A stretch of 47,506 nt of DNA from IMG/VR virus record IMGVR_UViG_3300044723_002977, positions 1 to 47,506 of that record; one strand, given 5' to 3'. The DNA is from a virus (Duplodnaviria > Caudoviricetes). A program made the position numbers and the translations under genes. Shown here in pieces: positions 9,138-18,590 of this stretch. Each line of letters starts with the position of its first letter. The stretch's first letter is position 1. Below the pieces are notes generated by a model. It was not told the origin of the DNA, searched no databases, and was given only the letters and a program-made list of their open reading frames with translations.

Positions 9138-9617
9138 TTAGCTATCTGGCAGATCTACATCGTCATCAGCGTCACCAGAAATAGAACTCATGGCGACAAG
9201 TGTTTCAGTCTTTTGACGAACATTGCCATCTGCATCTGTGTAACGGTCTGCAATTTTTACCCAACCAGCGTGATGTGTGTTTGCAGTAGCAACACCTTGT
9301 TCAGCTGTAGATACACCAAACACTTCTGATCCAGTAATGTTTGTATCTGTATCAATTACATAGATTGGCTTCTCAGATACTGTATATGCTTTACTAGACA
9401 ATGTACCAGAAGTTAACTCTGTATTAGATACGAGTGTAAGTGATGTTGCGTTTGCAATTGCACCTACAACTGCATCACCACCAGCGTCGGCAATACGAAT
9501 TACATTGCCCACTGAATAGTTATTGGCAAAGAAAGTGCCAGTTCCTGTTACTGTGAGACCTGCAAGTGCAACCGTACCTGGAGATGCAATGTCGTCTTTA
9601 TTACCCCATGCGGACAT
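9138..9617 (-). CDS. Probable virion structural protein
   Basis: MSAWGNKD...HAGWV...KTETLVAMS; AGGAG RBS and GATAAATA upstream. Confidence 0.65.
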   Translation of the reverse strand: MSAWGNKDDIASPGTVALAGLTVTGTGTFFANNYSVGNVIRIADAGGDAVVGAIANATSLTLVSNTELTSGTLSSKAYTVSEKPIYVIDTDTNITGSEVFGVSTAEQGVATANTHHAGWVKIADRYTDADGNVRQKTETLVAMSSISGDADDDVDLPDS

Positions 9618-9637
9618 GTTATTTCTCCTTCTTTAGA

Positions 9638-10249
9638 TTATTTATCTTTCTTTTTGTGATTACCATGATTCATGGACTTGATTACCTTCATCTCTTCGAC
9701 AGGTACTTGTCTTTCAATTCCATGCTCGAACATAACATCATACCATGCCACATGACCATTCTCATCTGGCTCAGCGTGTTCTGCATACATGCATGTTCCT
9801 TTGCCCCACTGTTCATGAGCGATTTGTTTTGCACAATCGTGTGTCTTAGATGAACCTTGCATAACTGCTGATGTTTCACCTGCTTGTTTATCTTGTGCAC
9901 GAGAAGCTGCAGATTCTTTAACATCATCCATAGTTGGGTTGACATCTACTTCATCTTGTTTACCTGATGGATTAGATTTACCATTCTTAATGTTCTTAGA
10001 AATAGCTTTGCGCTTCTTGTGTAGATACTTATCGGAATCATCGACATCACCATCGTTGTCGATATCTTTATCCTTACGATCAGCATGAGCACCTTTTAGC
10101 TCATCCTTATCAACCGCATCCATTTTTTTCTTTTCTGCCAATCCTTTGTATACATCTAAGTTTGTATTAACAGGATTGTTGGAATCCGTAACGCCCCTGA
10201 CAGCATCAAGTAGGCTGTCGCTCAGGCCAAATTTGCTGCCAATAGACAT
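9638..10249 (-). CDS. Probable internal head protein
   Basis: Charged modular sequence, DIDNDGDVDDSD motif, His-rich C-terminal domain, candidate protease sites LAE and VKE. Confidence 0.55.
   Translation of the reverse strand: MSIGSKFGLSDSLLDAVRGVTDSNNPVNTNLDVYKGLAEKKKMDAVDKDELKGAHADRKDKDIDNDGDVDDSDKYLHKKRKAISKNIKNGKSNPSGKQDEVDVNPTMDDVKESAASRAQDKQAGETSAVMQGSSKTHDCAKQIAHEQWGKGTCMYAEHAEPDENGHVAWYDVMFEHGIERQVPVEEMKVIKSMNHGNHKKKDK
9639..9646 (-). promoter_or_regulatory. Late promoter-like GATAAATA
   Basis: NATAAATA about 20 nt upstream of the gene starting at 9617. Confidence 0.45.
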
Positions 10250-10845
10250 TATTGCATCTCCTTTACGAGTTTTTGTATAAAATTGCGAACCAGTAGTTGA
10301 TTGGTTGCTGGCTCTGTTTGAATATCTTCTGCAACCTTTTTAGCAGTGGCTGTTGCAATTGCCATTTTCTTATCCATGGGCATGTCTGGATTATCTCTGC
10401 TAATAGCTTGTGCTACTTCTTCGCGTTTTTTCTTTTCGGCTGGAGTAAGAGTCTTTTCTTCAATTTCCTCTTCCTCTGGTTTGCCAAACTTTTTCTCTGC
10501 TTCAGCTTTTGACATATTATACTTTCTTTGAAACTCATCAGCTGGCATATCTTTAAGATCGATGGCCATGTTCTTCATCATGCCTTCATCAATCTCAACT
10601 TCTTCCATACGATCAAAAACTTTTCTGTTGTTTTTCTCATGATCTCTCATAAGTCTGATTTCACCTTGTATAGCTCCTTGCCCAGCATTATACTTCTTCA
10701 TAAGATCTTGAATTGACATTTTGCCATCTTTATGGGCAAGGTAGTCAGCCTTACGAATCTCAACTTCGTCAAGTTGAACTTGCTCATCAAGTCGAGCTTT
10801 TGGTTTGTACATATCTCTGATAGTACTTTCTAATGTTTTATACAT
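10249..10845 (-). CDS. Probable internal head protein
   Basis: Repeated LDE/IDE/IEE/VAE sites separating charged modules. Confidence 0.55.
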   Translation of the reverse strand: MYKTLESTIRDMYKPKARLDEQVQLDEVEIRKADYLAHKDGKMSIQDLMKKYNAGQGAIQGEIRLMRDHEKNNRKVFDRMEEVEIDEGMMKNMAIDLKDMPADEFQRKYNMSKAEAEKKFGKPEEEEIEEKTLTPAEKKKREEVAQAISRDNPDMPMDKKMAIATATAKKVAEDIQTEPATNQLLVRNFIQKLVKEMQ

Positions 10846-10868
10846 TTTATGCCCCTATGTTTATGCTA

Positions 10869-10876
10869 TATTTATC
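10869..10876 (-). promoter_or_regulatory. Late promoter-like GATAAATA
   Basis: Intergenic, upstream of the ORF starting at 10845. Confidence 0.5.
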
Positions 10877-10881
10877 TCTTT

Positions 10882-13800
10882 TTAATTGTCAACCTTTGCT
10901 CCGGCGCGCCACTGATAGCAAGACCAATATCTTGCCTTCCATTTTGGACCAGGGTTGTCACAATTGTGACGTGCTCTGAATGACTTTCTTCTTTCTGGAT
11001 CATCTCTCTTAATAGACAGTCCAGTTGTGTCACCAAATGATACCTTTACAACGTTGCCTTTTTCATTCTTTGTATATACGTAAAACTTTTTGTTGCCACC
11101 TCTAATAGGATCATTTAGCTTTACTTTCTTACCTTGATACTCTGCTTCTGAGATTACGTGATCAAAATGATCTGCACAATCATCGCAGCATGGCTCATCT
11201 TTGATCATGTCTTCTTCAACTGAAGGATGATGAGCAAAGCCACCGATTGCTTTGATTCCCAATTCATGTGCAAAAGGAGCATCTGGAATTCCAGCAGTAA
11301 AAGATTCATTAAGATCATCTATCATTACTGTCTCAAGAAAATCTTCAAACTCTTCGTTTACATTCTCTCTTTGCGCAACTAAGTCTGCAAAACTTTGTCC
11401 AGGTGTATCATCAGTATATGCTTTGGTAAGTTCATCTGTTCCAATGCCATGTGACTCACCACGGATCCTTGCAACAGCTCTACTCTTAGCCATCTTCATA
11501 CCTTTTTCACGTTTGCGTCTAGTATCAAGATCTTTTGAATGATCACCTTTTCTAAGAATAGTAGCTATAGCTGAATTGACAGCTTTGTCTCTTGACTGCT
11601 TTGACATCTTATAATAACGATTTAAAACATCTGTAGATATTTCATTCAATTCTTCACCAAGAGCATGTTTGATTGCTCTGTCAAGCAACTCTTCAGCTTT
11701 CTTATCATTTACTTTGAATACTCTTTTGATAGCTGCAATGCCTTCTTTAGCATTCTTAGTTGGACCCATTACTTTTAATACATTAACCATTGATGGATCT
11801 TTAGCTTCACTAATCATATCACCTTGTGGATCATAATGAGCAAGGTCTTGATCGTGATTCAACCCACCTTTCTTCTTTTTAGTGATAAATGCATTCACTC
11901 TTGCATATCCCCATTGTGAAGGAGTAGTGCCTGGTCTGTGTCCAGTTCTCCAAGCAGCAACACCTCTATCATATACTTTCTTTAATGTACCATATGAGAT
12001 GCCAGACTTTTCAGCTTTCTTTCTAAGTCCACTCATATCCTTTTCAAGAATGTAATTATCTCTTGGAGCAATACTACTTGTGTAGTTAGCATAGCTTTTA
12101 ATATTTTTCTTTTCATCCAAGAACTTTTCAAACAGATCGTTTCTATCTTTTCCTTGCAAAGCATTTTCAACCTTAGCCATGCCTCTAGCATACTGGCCAG
12201 AGATACCAGACACTCTAGCCGTACCAACATAATCTGTCTGAGCACCAAGAGACTTGAGAGGGATAGTTAATGGATCAGCTTTCTGAACTTTTTTGCCTGA
12301 TGCAACACTATTAAGATTGTCTAGTGATTTGGAAATGTATTTGACAATCTGTTGTTTCTTACTTGAATCTCTAGTCTTGTCAATGATATCTAATACCTTG
12401 CGAGCAGTCTGTGGGGATACTTTAGTTTTTTTACCATCAGTAAACTCAACAGGCTTCATGCCACGAAGGTTAATGACTTTACGAAGTTGAATCTGAATAT
12501 GCTCAATGCCTTCTTCATCGCCAGTACCTTTCTTAGGACGGCCACGTTTGGCTTCTTCAGTAGCTCTGTTCTTAGCACGAACATCTTGAAGTCGAGCTCT
12601 GTCCTTTTCTTGATCATGTTGTCTAGCAAGAACTTCTTTCTCACGCTTATGATCGGCTTTAACTCTGTTAACGTTTTCACTTTCGTTTACTATACCAAAA
12701 CCTGGTTTTGGATTACCTTTGATGATTGAATTAAGATGCATCTTCATGTATCCTCCAACGTCTTTTTCTATACCCATATCCTTAGCTTTACTCATAATTC
12801 TATCATAAAGCGTTTGAGCTTTTGCCTTTTCAGTATCTTTAGCAGCACCTCTATTCATAACTTCTTTTTCCATTTTATAGAAATCATCTTGCATTTTAGT
12901 AAGTTCTTGAGCGCCATCTTTGCTAGCATGTTTTTTCATTGCTTTGATAGCTGAGCCACACATATGGAAGTGAGTAGTTGTATATGAACCAACAGTGATT
13001 TCTGGAGAAGCAGCTTCACCATACATTTGTTTATATGCTTTTGTATATTCGGAAGGTTTTGTTTTAGCGGAAGCATCACCCGGAGCTGGCTTATAAGCAG
13101 CTGGGTTGTCGTCTGACATACGGGCCTGCTTTTTAAATTGCGCGTCTCGTTTGGCTTTGGTTGCCGGTGAAAGACCTCTATGGTATTTTGCAGGTTGCGT
13201 TCCCGCTCTTTTATTTATATCTGGGTCCTGTGCGGCTCTTTCAATAAAAAGTTCAAATGATTCATTAACTTTACCTTGTCTAGCTTTTTTAAGTCTTTCC
13301 ATTTCAGATTTCCTTACTTTAGGCATTAGACGTTGTGCGATCTTGGCAACCATTGGTCTTTTTTTCATAATAATTTTATCAATACCAATCTTTTGTGATG
13401 GAGAAAGTGTTCTATACTTCTCACCCATTTTACCAGCAGCTCTTTTACGTAAGAACATAATAGCTTGCTTACGAGCACGGAATTTCAATCTTTCTGGGGT
13501 AGCCATTCTTTTCTTACGAATCTTTCTGAATCTAGCCATACGAGGAGCAAGACGTCTCATACGAAGAGCAGCCTTTCTTCTCTGAGCTATCGTCATAGGT
13601 GCACGATCTTCTTCTACCTCTTCCTTCTGATCTTCATCATCGTCGTCCATCTGCTTAATGAAGCGAACCATGTCAATTCCAAGATCCTCTAGATCTTCAT
13701 CATCAATCTCACCTTTGTCAAACATCTTAGCTAACTTTTCATAATCAATATCAGCTTCTGTAATATCAAAGTTGAGTGGAATTCCTTTTGGTTCTACTGA

Positions 13801-14352
13801 CGGAGATTGTGTACCTTCTGATATACCCATACCATCCCTCACTTTCTTAAAGATTTCTAAATCTTTCTTTTTTAACTTTTGTGGAAGACCCAATCTAAAC
13901 GATGCAAACATATTATCTTTGACAGCTTGTCTCATCTTCGAAGCTGACATTCCAGATACACCTTCTGAATCTGGATCACGTTCACCAGCAGACACAACTT
14001 GAATCTTATCAAAGTTGTAATCTTTACCATTGTACTTATTGAGAAGAGTCTTGAATTCGGATACTCTGTCTGATCCAACAACCAACTTGATTGCACTGTA
14101 CTTACCTTGCAGTTCTTTCATTACTTCGATAATAGTACGTGCAGAAGACTTTTTTACAATTCTTCCAAATGCAGCTTGAGCGTACTTAATCTTATCGTCG
14201 TATGAGAGGGGATCTTTTGGAGCTTTCTGGGTATGGGATAGATAGACGAATGCTGGTCCACCTTTGGCTTCAGCTTTGACTTTGTTAACTAGCTTCTCAT
14301 GTCCCACAGTAGGTGGGTTCATGCGGCCAAATGTAATTACAGCTGTAGCCAT
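10882..14352 (-). CDS. 1156-aa multidomain protein: N-terminal HxGH cytidylyltransferase-like domain plus basic modules (probable virion polyprotein)
   Basis: TFGRMNPPTVGH, VVGSDR and MSASKMR motifs; later AAWRTGHRPG..WGYARV and KVSFGD..RRKSFRARHNC..ARYWSC modules; GGAGG RBS. Confidence 0.8.
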   Translation of the reverse strand: MATAVITFGRMNPPTVGHEKLVNKVKAEAKGGPAFVYLSHTQKAPKDPLSYDDKIKYAQAAFGRIVKKSSARTIIEVMKELQGKYSAIKLVVGSDRVSEFKTLLNKYNGKDYNFDKIQVVSAGERDPDSEGVSGMSASKMRQAVKDNMFASFRLGLPQKLKKKDLEIFKKVRDGMGISEGTQSPSVEPKGIPLNFDITEADIDYEKLAKMFDKGEIDDEDLEDLGIDMVRFIKQMDDDDEDQKEEVEEDRAPMTIAQRRKAALRMRRLAPRMARFRKIRKKRMATPERLKFRARKQAIMFLRKRAAGKMGEKYRTLSPSQKIGIDKIIMKKRPMVAKIAQRLMPKVRKSEMERLKKARQGKVNESFELFIERAAQDPDINKRAGTQPAKYHRGLSPATKAKRDAQFKKQARMSDDNPAAYKPAPGDASAKTKPSEYTKAYKQMYGEAASPEITVGSYTTTHFHMCGSAIKAMKKHASKDGAQELTKMQDDFYKMEKEVMNRGAAKDTEKAKAQTLYDRIMSKAKDMGIEKDVGGYMKMHLNSIIKGNPKPGFGIVNESENVNRVKADHKREKEVLARQHDQEKDRARLQDVRAKNRATEEAKRGRPKKGTGDEEGIEHIQIQLRKVINLRGMKPVEFTDGKKTKVSPQTARKVLDIIDKTRDSSKKQQIVKYISKSLDNLNSVASGKKVQKADPLTIPLKSLGAQTDYVGTARVSGISGQYARGMAKVENALQGKDRNDLFEKFLDEKKNIKSYANYTSSIAPRDNYILEKDMSGLRKKAEKSGISYGTLKKVYDRGVAAWRTGHRPGTTPSQWGYARVNAFITKKKKGGLNHDQDLAHYDPQGDMISEAKDPSMVNVLKVMGPTKNAKEGIAAIKRVFKVNDKKAEELLDRAIKHALGEELNEISTDVLNRYYKMSKQSRDKAVNSAIATILRKGDHSKDLDTRRKREKGMKMAKSRAVARIRGESHGIGTDELTKAYTDDTPGQSFADLVAQRENVNEEFEDFLETVMIDDLNESFTAGIPDAPFAHELGIKAIGGFAHHPSVEEDMIKDEPCCDDCADHFDHVISEAEYQGKKVKLNDPIRGGNKKFYVYTKNEKGNVVKVSFGDTTGLSIKRDDPERRKSFRARHNCDNPGPKWKARYWSCYQWRAGAKVDN

Positions 14353-14391
14353 CCTATCCTCCAGGTTTTCCTTGGACTAACTGAGTAATAG

Positions 14392-14399
14392 TATTTATA
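14392..14399 (-). promoter_or_regulatory. T4-type late promoter (TATAAATA)
   Basis: Exact consensus, intergenic, 40 nt upstream of the 14352 start. Confidence 0.75.
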
Positions 14400-14405
14400 A
14401 AAACT

Positions 14406-15623
14406 TTATTGCCAACCAGCTAGGAACTCAGGAGAGAAATTAGCTCTACTAAATTCCATACGATTAACGAGCTTAACAGCGCCATTACCAAGTCTGTCAA
14501 TAGCAACAAACCCTTCTTGGTCAGTAACTTGAAATCCATTTGCGGTCCTTAGAAATGTTCTAAGAGACGAGCCTTGGTTTAACTTGTTAATCACCATAAG
14601 TTTAGCTTCGGTTAAAAGTTGAATCATAGTATAGATGTTTTTAATGTCATTCTGGTTTCTTCTTACAAATGTAAGGAACGTTTTTCTTTTCTGTTCAACT
14701 TTTTGTTTAGAGGCATCTGTTTTTACTTTTGCAGCCTCTTTATCAAATACATCGTTCAGGTAAGACGTTAAGTCTGGTATCACTCTTCTAAAGTTAATTC
14801 CTTGACCTCTAATCTTCATATTGTTGAATGCTTTGAATCTCATCTTCATGTTATCGTCACCTGCAATAGCATTCAAAGTACCCGGTTTCATTCTTTGGAA
14901 TATGGTACCTACTTGCGAAAGAATAGAAGTAATCTGCTCTGTCTCTTTCTCTGTGAAAGTGGCAGTCCCTGATACATCTTTATAGTTGGCATCGTCCATC
15001 CATATAGTTGGAACTTGCTTTAGCTTACTAGCAATGTCCAATCCAAATGTTGGTTTCTGGTCTTCCAACGTGGAACCAGAATATGATGTGTGCCACACAA
15101 TACCCATGTTTGCTCTTATAAGAGTCTTAGCTAATGGGTCACCTGCTGGAACTGCATATACGATTTTATTTGGTTGAAAGGTAATATACTTATTACCATC
15201 TATATCTTGACTTTTAAGATCACCTTTTGTAAACATAAGGTCACCTTGAATAATATTTTTTATTCCAACTTTCTTTAACTCAACAAGACACACTTTTAAC
15301 TTCTCTGCAAGATCGCCAGAAGTGTCTTTGATAATGTCTGCTTGTGTCTTATATACTTTTGGATCCTTATTAAATACACCTTTCTTGGCAACAAAGAACT
15401 TTCCATCTCTTGGATCTATACCTGCAAAGATGGCAGGAGCACCATCCCACTTAACAGTAAAGTTGCTTTTAGATTTTGCATTGCCAGATAATGTATCTCT
15501 GATATCTCTTAGAAAGTTAATTGCTTTTCTTGTACCAGCAACACCTTCATTGAAGATCATCTCTTCAACATGCTCCATGTGAACATTTTTAGCTTCTGCT
15601 AGATATGAAGTAAATTTCATCAT
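14406..15623 (-). CDS. ATP-dependent ligase-fold protein (DUF6267-like) with capsid-targeting-like N-terminus
   Basis: Motif I KWDG, III IQGDL, IV EGFV, V VKLV; N-terminus MMKFTSYLAE|A resembles the T4 internal-protein capsid targeting sequence. Confidence 0.7.
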   Translation of the reverse strand: MMKFTSYLAEAKNVHMEHVEEMIFNEGVAGTRKAINFLRDIRDTLSGNAKSKSNFTVKWDGAPAIFAGIDPRDGKFFVAKKGVFNKDPKVYKTQADIIKDTSGDLAEKLKVCLVELKKVGIKNIIQGDLMFTKGDLKSQDIDGNKYITFQPNKIVYAVPAGDPLAKTLIRANMGIVWHTSYSGSTLEDQKPTFGLDIASKLKQVPTIWMDDANYKDVSGTATFTEKETEQITSILSQVGTIFQRMKPGTLNAIAGDDNMKMRFKAFNNMKIRGQGINFRRVIPDLTSYLNDVFDKEAAKVKTDASKQKVEQKRKTFLTFVRRNQNDIKNIYTMIQLLTEAKLMVINKLNQGSSLRTFLRTANGFQVTDQEGFVAIDRLGNGAVKLVNRMEFSRANFSPEFLAGWQ

Positions 15624-16930
15624 GGGTTTGATACCTTTACAAATACTGAACTGACGTCAGTAGATGATGATGCATAAGATATCATCTTACCGACAGCACA
15701 TTCAACGTCAGACTTTTTAGCTTTTGTCAAAGTCTCAACAACTTCCAGTGCTTGAGTCTTAGAAACTATGTATGGTTCAAGTTTAGCTTTCTTATCAAAG
15801 ATTGCTTTCTTAAACGCTTCCTTCTTAATACTTTTTACTCTGTTATCTATTTTTTTGGCTCTCTCATATAATTTCTCAACATATGCATTCTGGCCTCTGT
15901 TAAACTCTGTAAGAATGTCTGTGTTCTTAGTTATAGTAGCACCCGTCACACATTCTGCCATAATCTCTCTAAGTGCTCCAAAGCCAACTTTACCACCCTG
16001 AGCATAACGTCCTTGGATCTCACCAGAGATATCAGCAGTTGGTTTGAAAGATCTAAACACAACTGATGATCCATTGTTATAATTTACAAATGCATCTATA
16101 CTTGCTGTAAAGCCAGTCTTACCAAGATTGAGATTATTAAATACAACAGGTTTGTGGCCAGACTTAAAGTTGTATACTTCAGCTTTAGCTACACGAGAAA
16201 CTTGTTTAAGAGAAACACCAATAATCATTTTCTCTTTAAACTTATCATATAGGAAACTATTGAGATCGTGAATACTTTCAAACTGTGAGAAGTCAGTACT
16301 CAACATTCTTGGATTGACCATCCAGATATCCGCTGGATTCCATTTATCTAGACCAATGTTCTTTCCAGCTTTTTTAAGAAGAGCATTAGCTGCATCACTT
16401 ATGTTTTTAACAAACGAACTTCTTGATCTTTGACAGATAACAAAATTGAATCTACCATATGTTTTATAGATACGATCACCTATAAGTGTACTACTCTTGA
16501 CCCAACCTTTACTTGCTTTCATAAACAACTCTGTTGGAGTAAACTTGCTTTCAACAGGCAAAGCTCCAAAGTCGTCTAATGAATAGTCAGTATTAGGATT
16601 CTTCATCTTTGCTGCTATGTAGTATGCAGCTAGTGATTCTTGTTCATCTGTAGTGAGGTCTTTAGATGAGTCAGGCTTGACTGCAATTTGTAATCCTTCA
16701 AATGAACTTTTAGTAAATAATACAACACCAAGAGATCCACCAGCCTTCAGTCCAGCTGATGAAGTATCTCTTTGTGCTCCAAACTTACCAAGTTCTTTGA
16801 CAATGCGTTCTAGTTCTTGAACACGATCTGATTTAGGAACATATACAAATACTCTAAACTTTGTATTGTCCTCAAACTTAACAAATCCAAGTTTACTAAG
16901 TTCTTTTTTTAGGTCGTCCATTTCTGCCAC
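15620..16930 (-). CDS. PD-(D/E)XK restriction-endonuclease-like protein
   Basis: QE...DKWNPADIW...IGVSLK pattern; GTG start with GGAGG RBS. Confidence 0.6.
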   Translation of the reverse strand: MAEMDDLKKELSKLGFVKFEDNTKFRVFVYVPKSDRVQELERIVKELGKFGAQRDTSSAGLKAGGSLGVVLFTKSSFEGLQIAVKPDSSKDLTTDEQESLAAYYIAAKMKNPNTDYSLDDFGALPVESKFTPTELFMKASKGWVKSSTLIGDRIYKTYGRFNFVICQRSRSSFVKNISDAANALLKKAGKNIGLDKWNPADIWMVNPRMLSTDFSQFESIHDLNSFLYDKFKEKMIIGVSLKQVSRVAKAEVYNFKSGHKPVVFNNLNLGKTGFTASIDAFVNYNNGSSVVFRSFKPTADISGEIQGRYAQGGKVGFGALREIMAECVTGATITKNTDILTEFNRGQNAYVEKLYERAKKIDNRVKSIKKEAFKKAIFDKKAKLEPYIVSKTQALEVVETLTKAKKSDVECAVGKMISYASSSTDVSSVFVKVSNP

Positions 16931-16968
16931 AGTAACCTCCCGAAGCTATGTTCTTGGTTGACTGTTTA

Positions 16969-16976
16969 TATTTATA
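16969..16976 (-). promoter_or_regulatory. T4-type late promoter (TATAAATA)
   Basis: Exact consensus about 40 nt upstream of the nuclease start. Confidence 0.7.
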
Positions 16977-17187
16977 CTCCAAGTATATGCGCAGCGGACT
17001 TACTATTCAAAGATTTACCAGAACGAATCCAGTCTTCGCATTGCTCAAAGTAGAAAGCAGCATCTTCGTTACCACTTTCTTCCAGAGCCATACGAGCCTG
17101 CTTGAAGAACTGATATATCTGCATATCAGCTCCATTATCCATACCAGACGCCTTATGCGTCTTAGCTGCTCTCTGATTACTCAACAC
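16972..17187 (-). CDS. Hypothetical protein
   Basis: 71-aa ORF tiling the gap, GGAG upstream. Confidence 0.6.
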   Translation of the reverse strand: MLSNQRAAKTHKASGMDNGADMQIYQFFKQARMALEESGNEDAAFYFEQCEDWIRSGKSLNSKSAAHILGV

Positions 17188-17827
17188 TCACTCCTGTTTC
17201 AAGTTCGATCATATTCTTAGCTTCATTATCATCCAAAACGTGTTGTTGGTCAACAGCTTCGTCTAATTCTTTGTAAGCAGCAGTAGAACGAATCTTAGAT
17301 AGGACTACACGATCCTTACGAAGACGATTCATTAGAATCTTATTAGCTTCAGAGTCAGAGTACTCGAGCATAACATATGCACGATACTGATTACCATTCA
17401 CTACAACAGTAGACTTATCTACACGATAGCCAGCAACATCGACATCTGCAATAATGTTCTTTGTAGCCTTTTCTACTTCTTGCAGTACAGCAGCATCAAC
17501 ATCTGTACCGATACGAGAGATGAATGACTTTGTTTGTGAACGTACTCGACCATTAATACGATCTGCCAGAGTAGTCTTAGCTGAGAGGACAGCAATATCC
17601 ATAGCTAGCTGAAGATCAGGTGCAGCAGATGTTCCAGTAGCAAAGATAGAATTATCTTGCTTAGGTGGAGTCAAATACCAATCAGGAATAATCTCAACCT
17701 GTTGTTCAACAACTTCAACTTTATCCTCATAAGTCTGAGGAGGTGAGCTCAACGCTGTAACCTTATCTGGACTAGAGCTACAAGCACCAAGAGCAGCAAT
17801 TGCTCCAAACATAACCAACTTCTTCAT
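17177..17827 (-). CDS. LPP20-like lipoprotein
   Basis: MKKLVMFGAIAALGA|C lipobox; IPDWY and AMDIAVLSAKTTLADRI motifs. Confidence 0.7.
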   Translation of the reverse strand: MKKLVMFGAIAALGACSSSPDKVTALSSPPQTYEDKVEVVEQQVEIIPDWYLTPPKQDNSIFATGTSAAPDLQLAMDIAVLSAKTTLADRINGRVRSQTKSFISRIGTDVDAAVLQEVEKATKNIIADVDVAGYRVDKSTVVVNGNQYRAYVMLEYSDSEANKILMNRLRKDRVVLSKIRSTAAYKELDEAVDQQHVLDDNEAKNMIELETGVSVE

Positions 17828-17828
17828 T

Positions 17829-17954
17829 TTACACTCCATGTAATAACGAGACCAACTGATCTCTCAATCCAGATGATACAAACCCATTTGATATCTCTGG
17901 CCAAAATGTTACTAGAACAGCACCAATAACAATACCCATAATCATATTAAACAT
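17829..17954 (-). CDS. Small membrane protein (41 aa)
   Basis: Not in the ORF track: MFNMIMGIVIGAVLVTFWPEISNGFVSSGLRDQLVSLLHGV; GAGG RBS; fills the gap. Confidence 0.55.
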   Translation of the reverse strand: MFNMIMGIVIGAVLVTFWPEISNGFVSSGLRDQLVSLLHGV

Positions 17955-17962
17955 AACAACCT

Positions 17963-18580
17963 CTAGTAATTGTATCCACAGGCCTGACAGCCAATACTTC
18001 CAAACGTCACCTTCAAGCTACCAAAATTAATATCTGGAAGATTGAATCCTGAACTACGAGGAGACGTCTGAATTGGTTCAACTCTACGAATAGTCTGAAC
18101 CGGTTCTACTATTACAGTTGGACTGTTATTAACTACAATAGTCTTTTTCGTAACCTCAGCTTTAGGCAGAGGAGTTGCAGGATGTGTTAACTGATCAAGT
18201 TGTTTTTCAACTACCTTAGGTTCTTCTTGCTTTACAGAACAGTTCATGTCTGTCTTAGCATTCAATACTTCAGGAGATACAACTCGAACAACTTCTAGCT
18301 TTGCTCTCTGTTCTGCTTGAGAGCATGCAGCATTCTCAGACATGTCTGGTCCAAATACAAAGTCACCAGAACCTGGATACTCTTTACCGTCGATAGTAAT
18401 CATCATAGACATAACACACTTACGAGTATCATCTACATATGGAAACACTTTACGATCTATAACTTCTGATTTGTCAATACTCTTAGTGAACTGAGTCTCA
18501 ACATTGTGATCATAATTACATGGAGTCTCCGCCATCGCAGGAACAGATACCAAACATAATGCAGCAATAAGTTTTTTCAT
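17963..18580 (-). CDS. Secreted hypothetical protein
   Basis: Signal peptide MKKLIAALCLVSVPAMA and several Cys. Confidence 0.65.
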   Translation of the reverse strand: MKKLIAALCLVSVPAMAETPCNYDHNVETQFTKSIDKSEVIDRKVFPYVDDTRKCVMSMMITIDGKEYPGSGDFVFGPDMSENAACSQAEQRAKLEVVRVVSPEVLNAKTDMNCSVKQEEPKVVEKQLDQLTHPATPLPKAEVTKKTIVVNNSPTVIVEPVQTIRRVEPIQTSPRSSGFNLPDINFGSLKVTFGSIGCQACGYNY

Positions 18581-18590
18581 AATATACACC

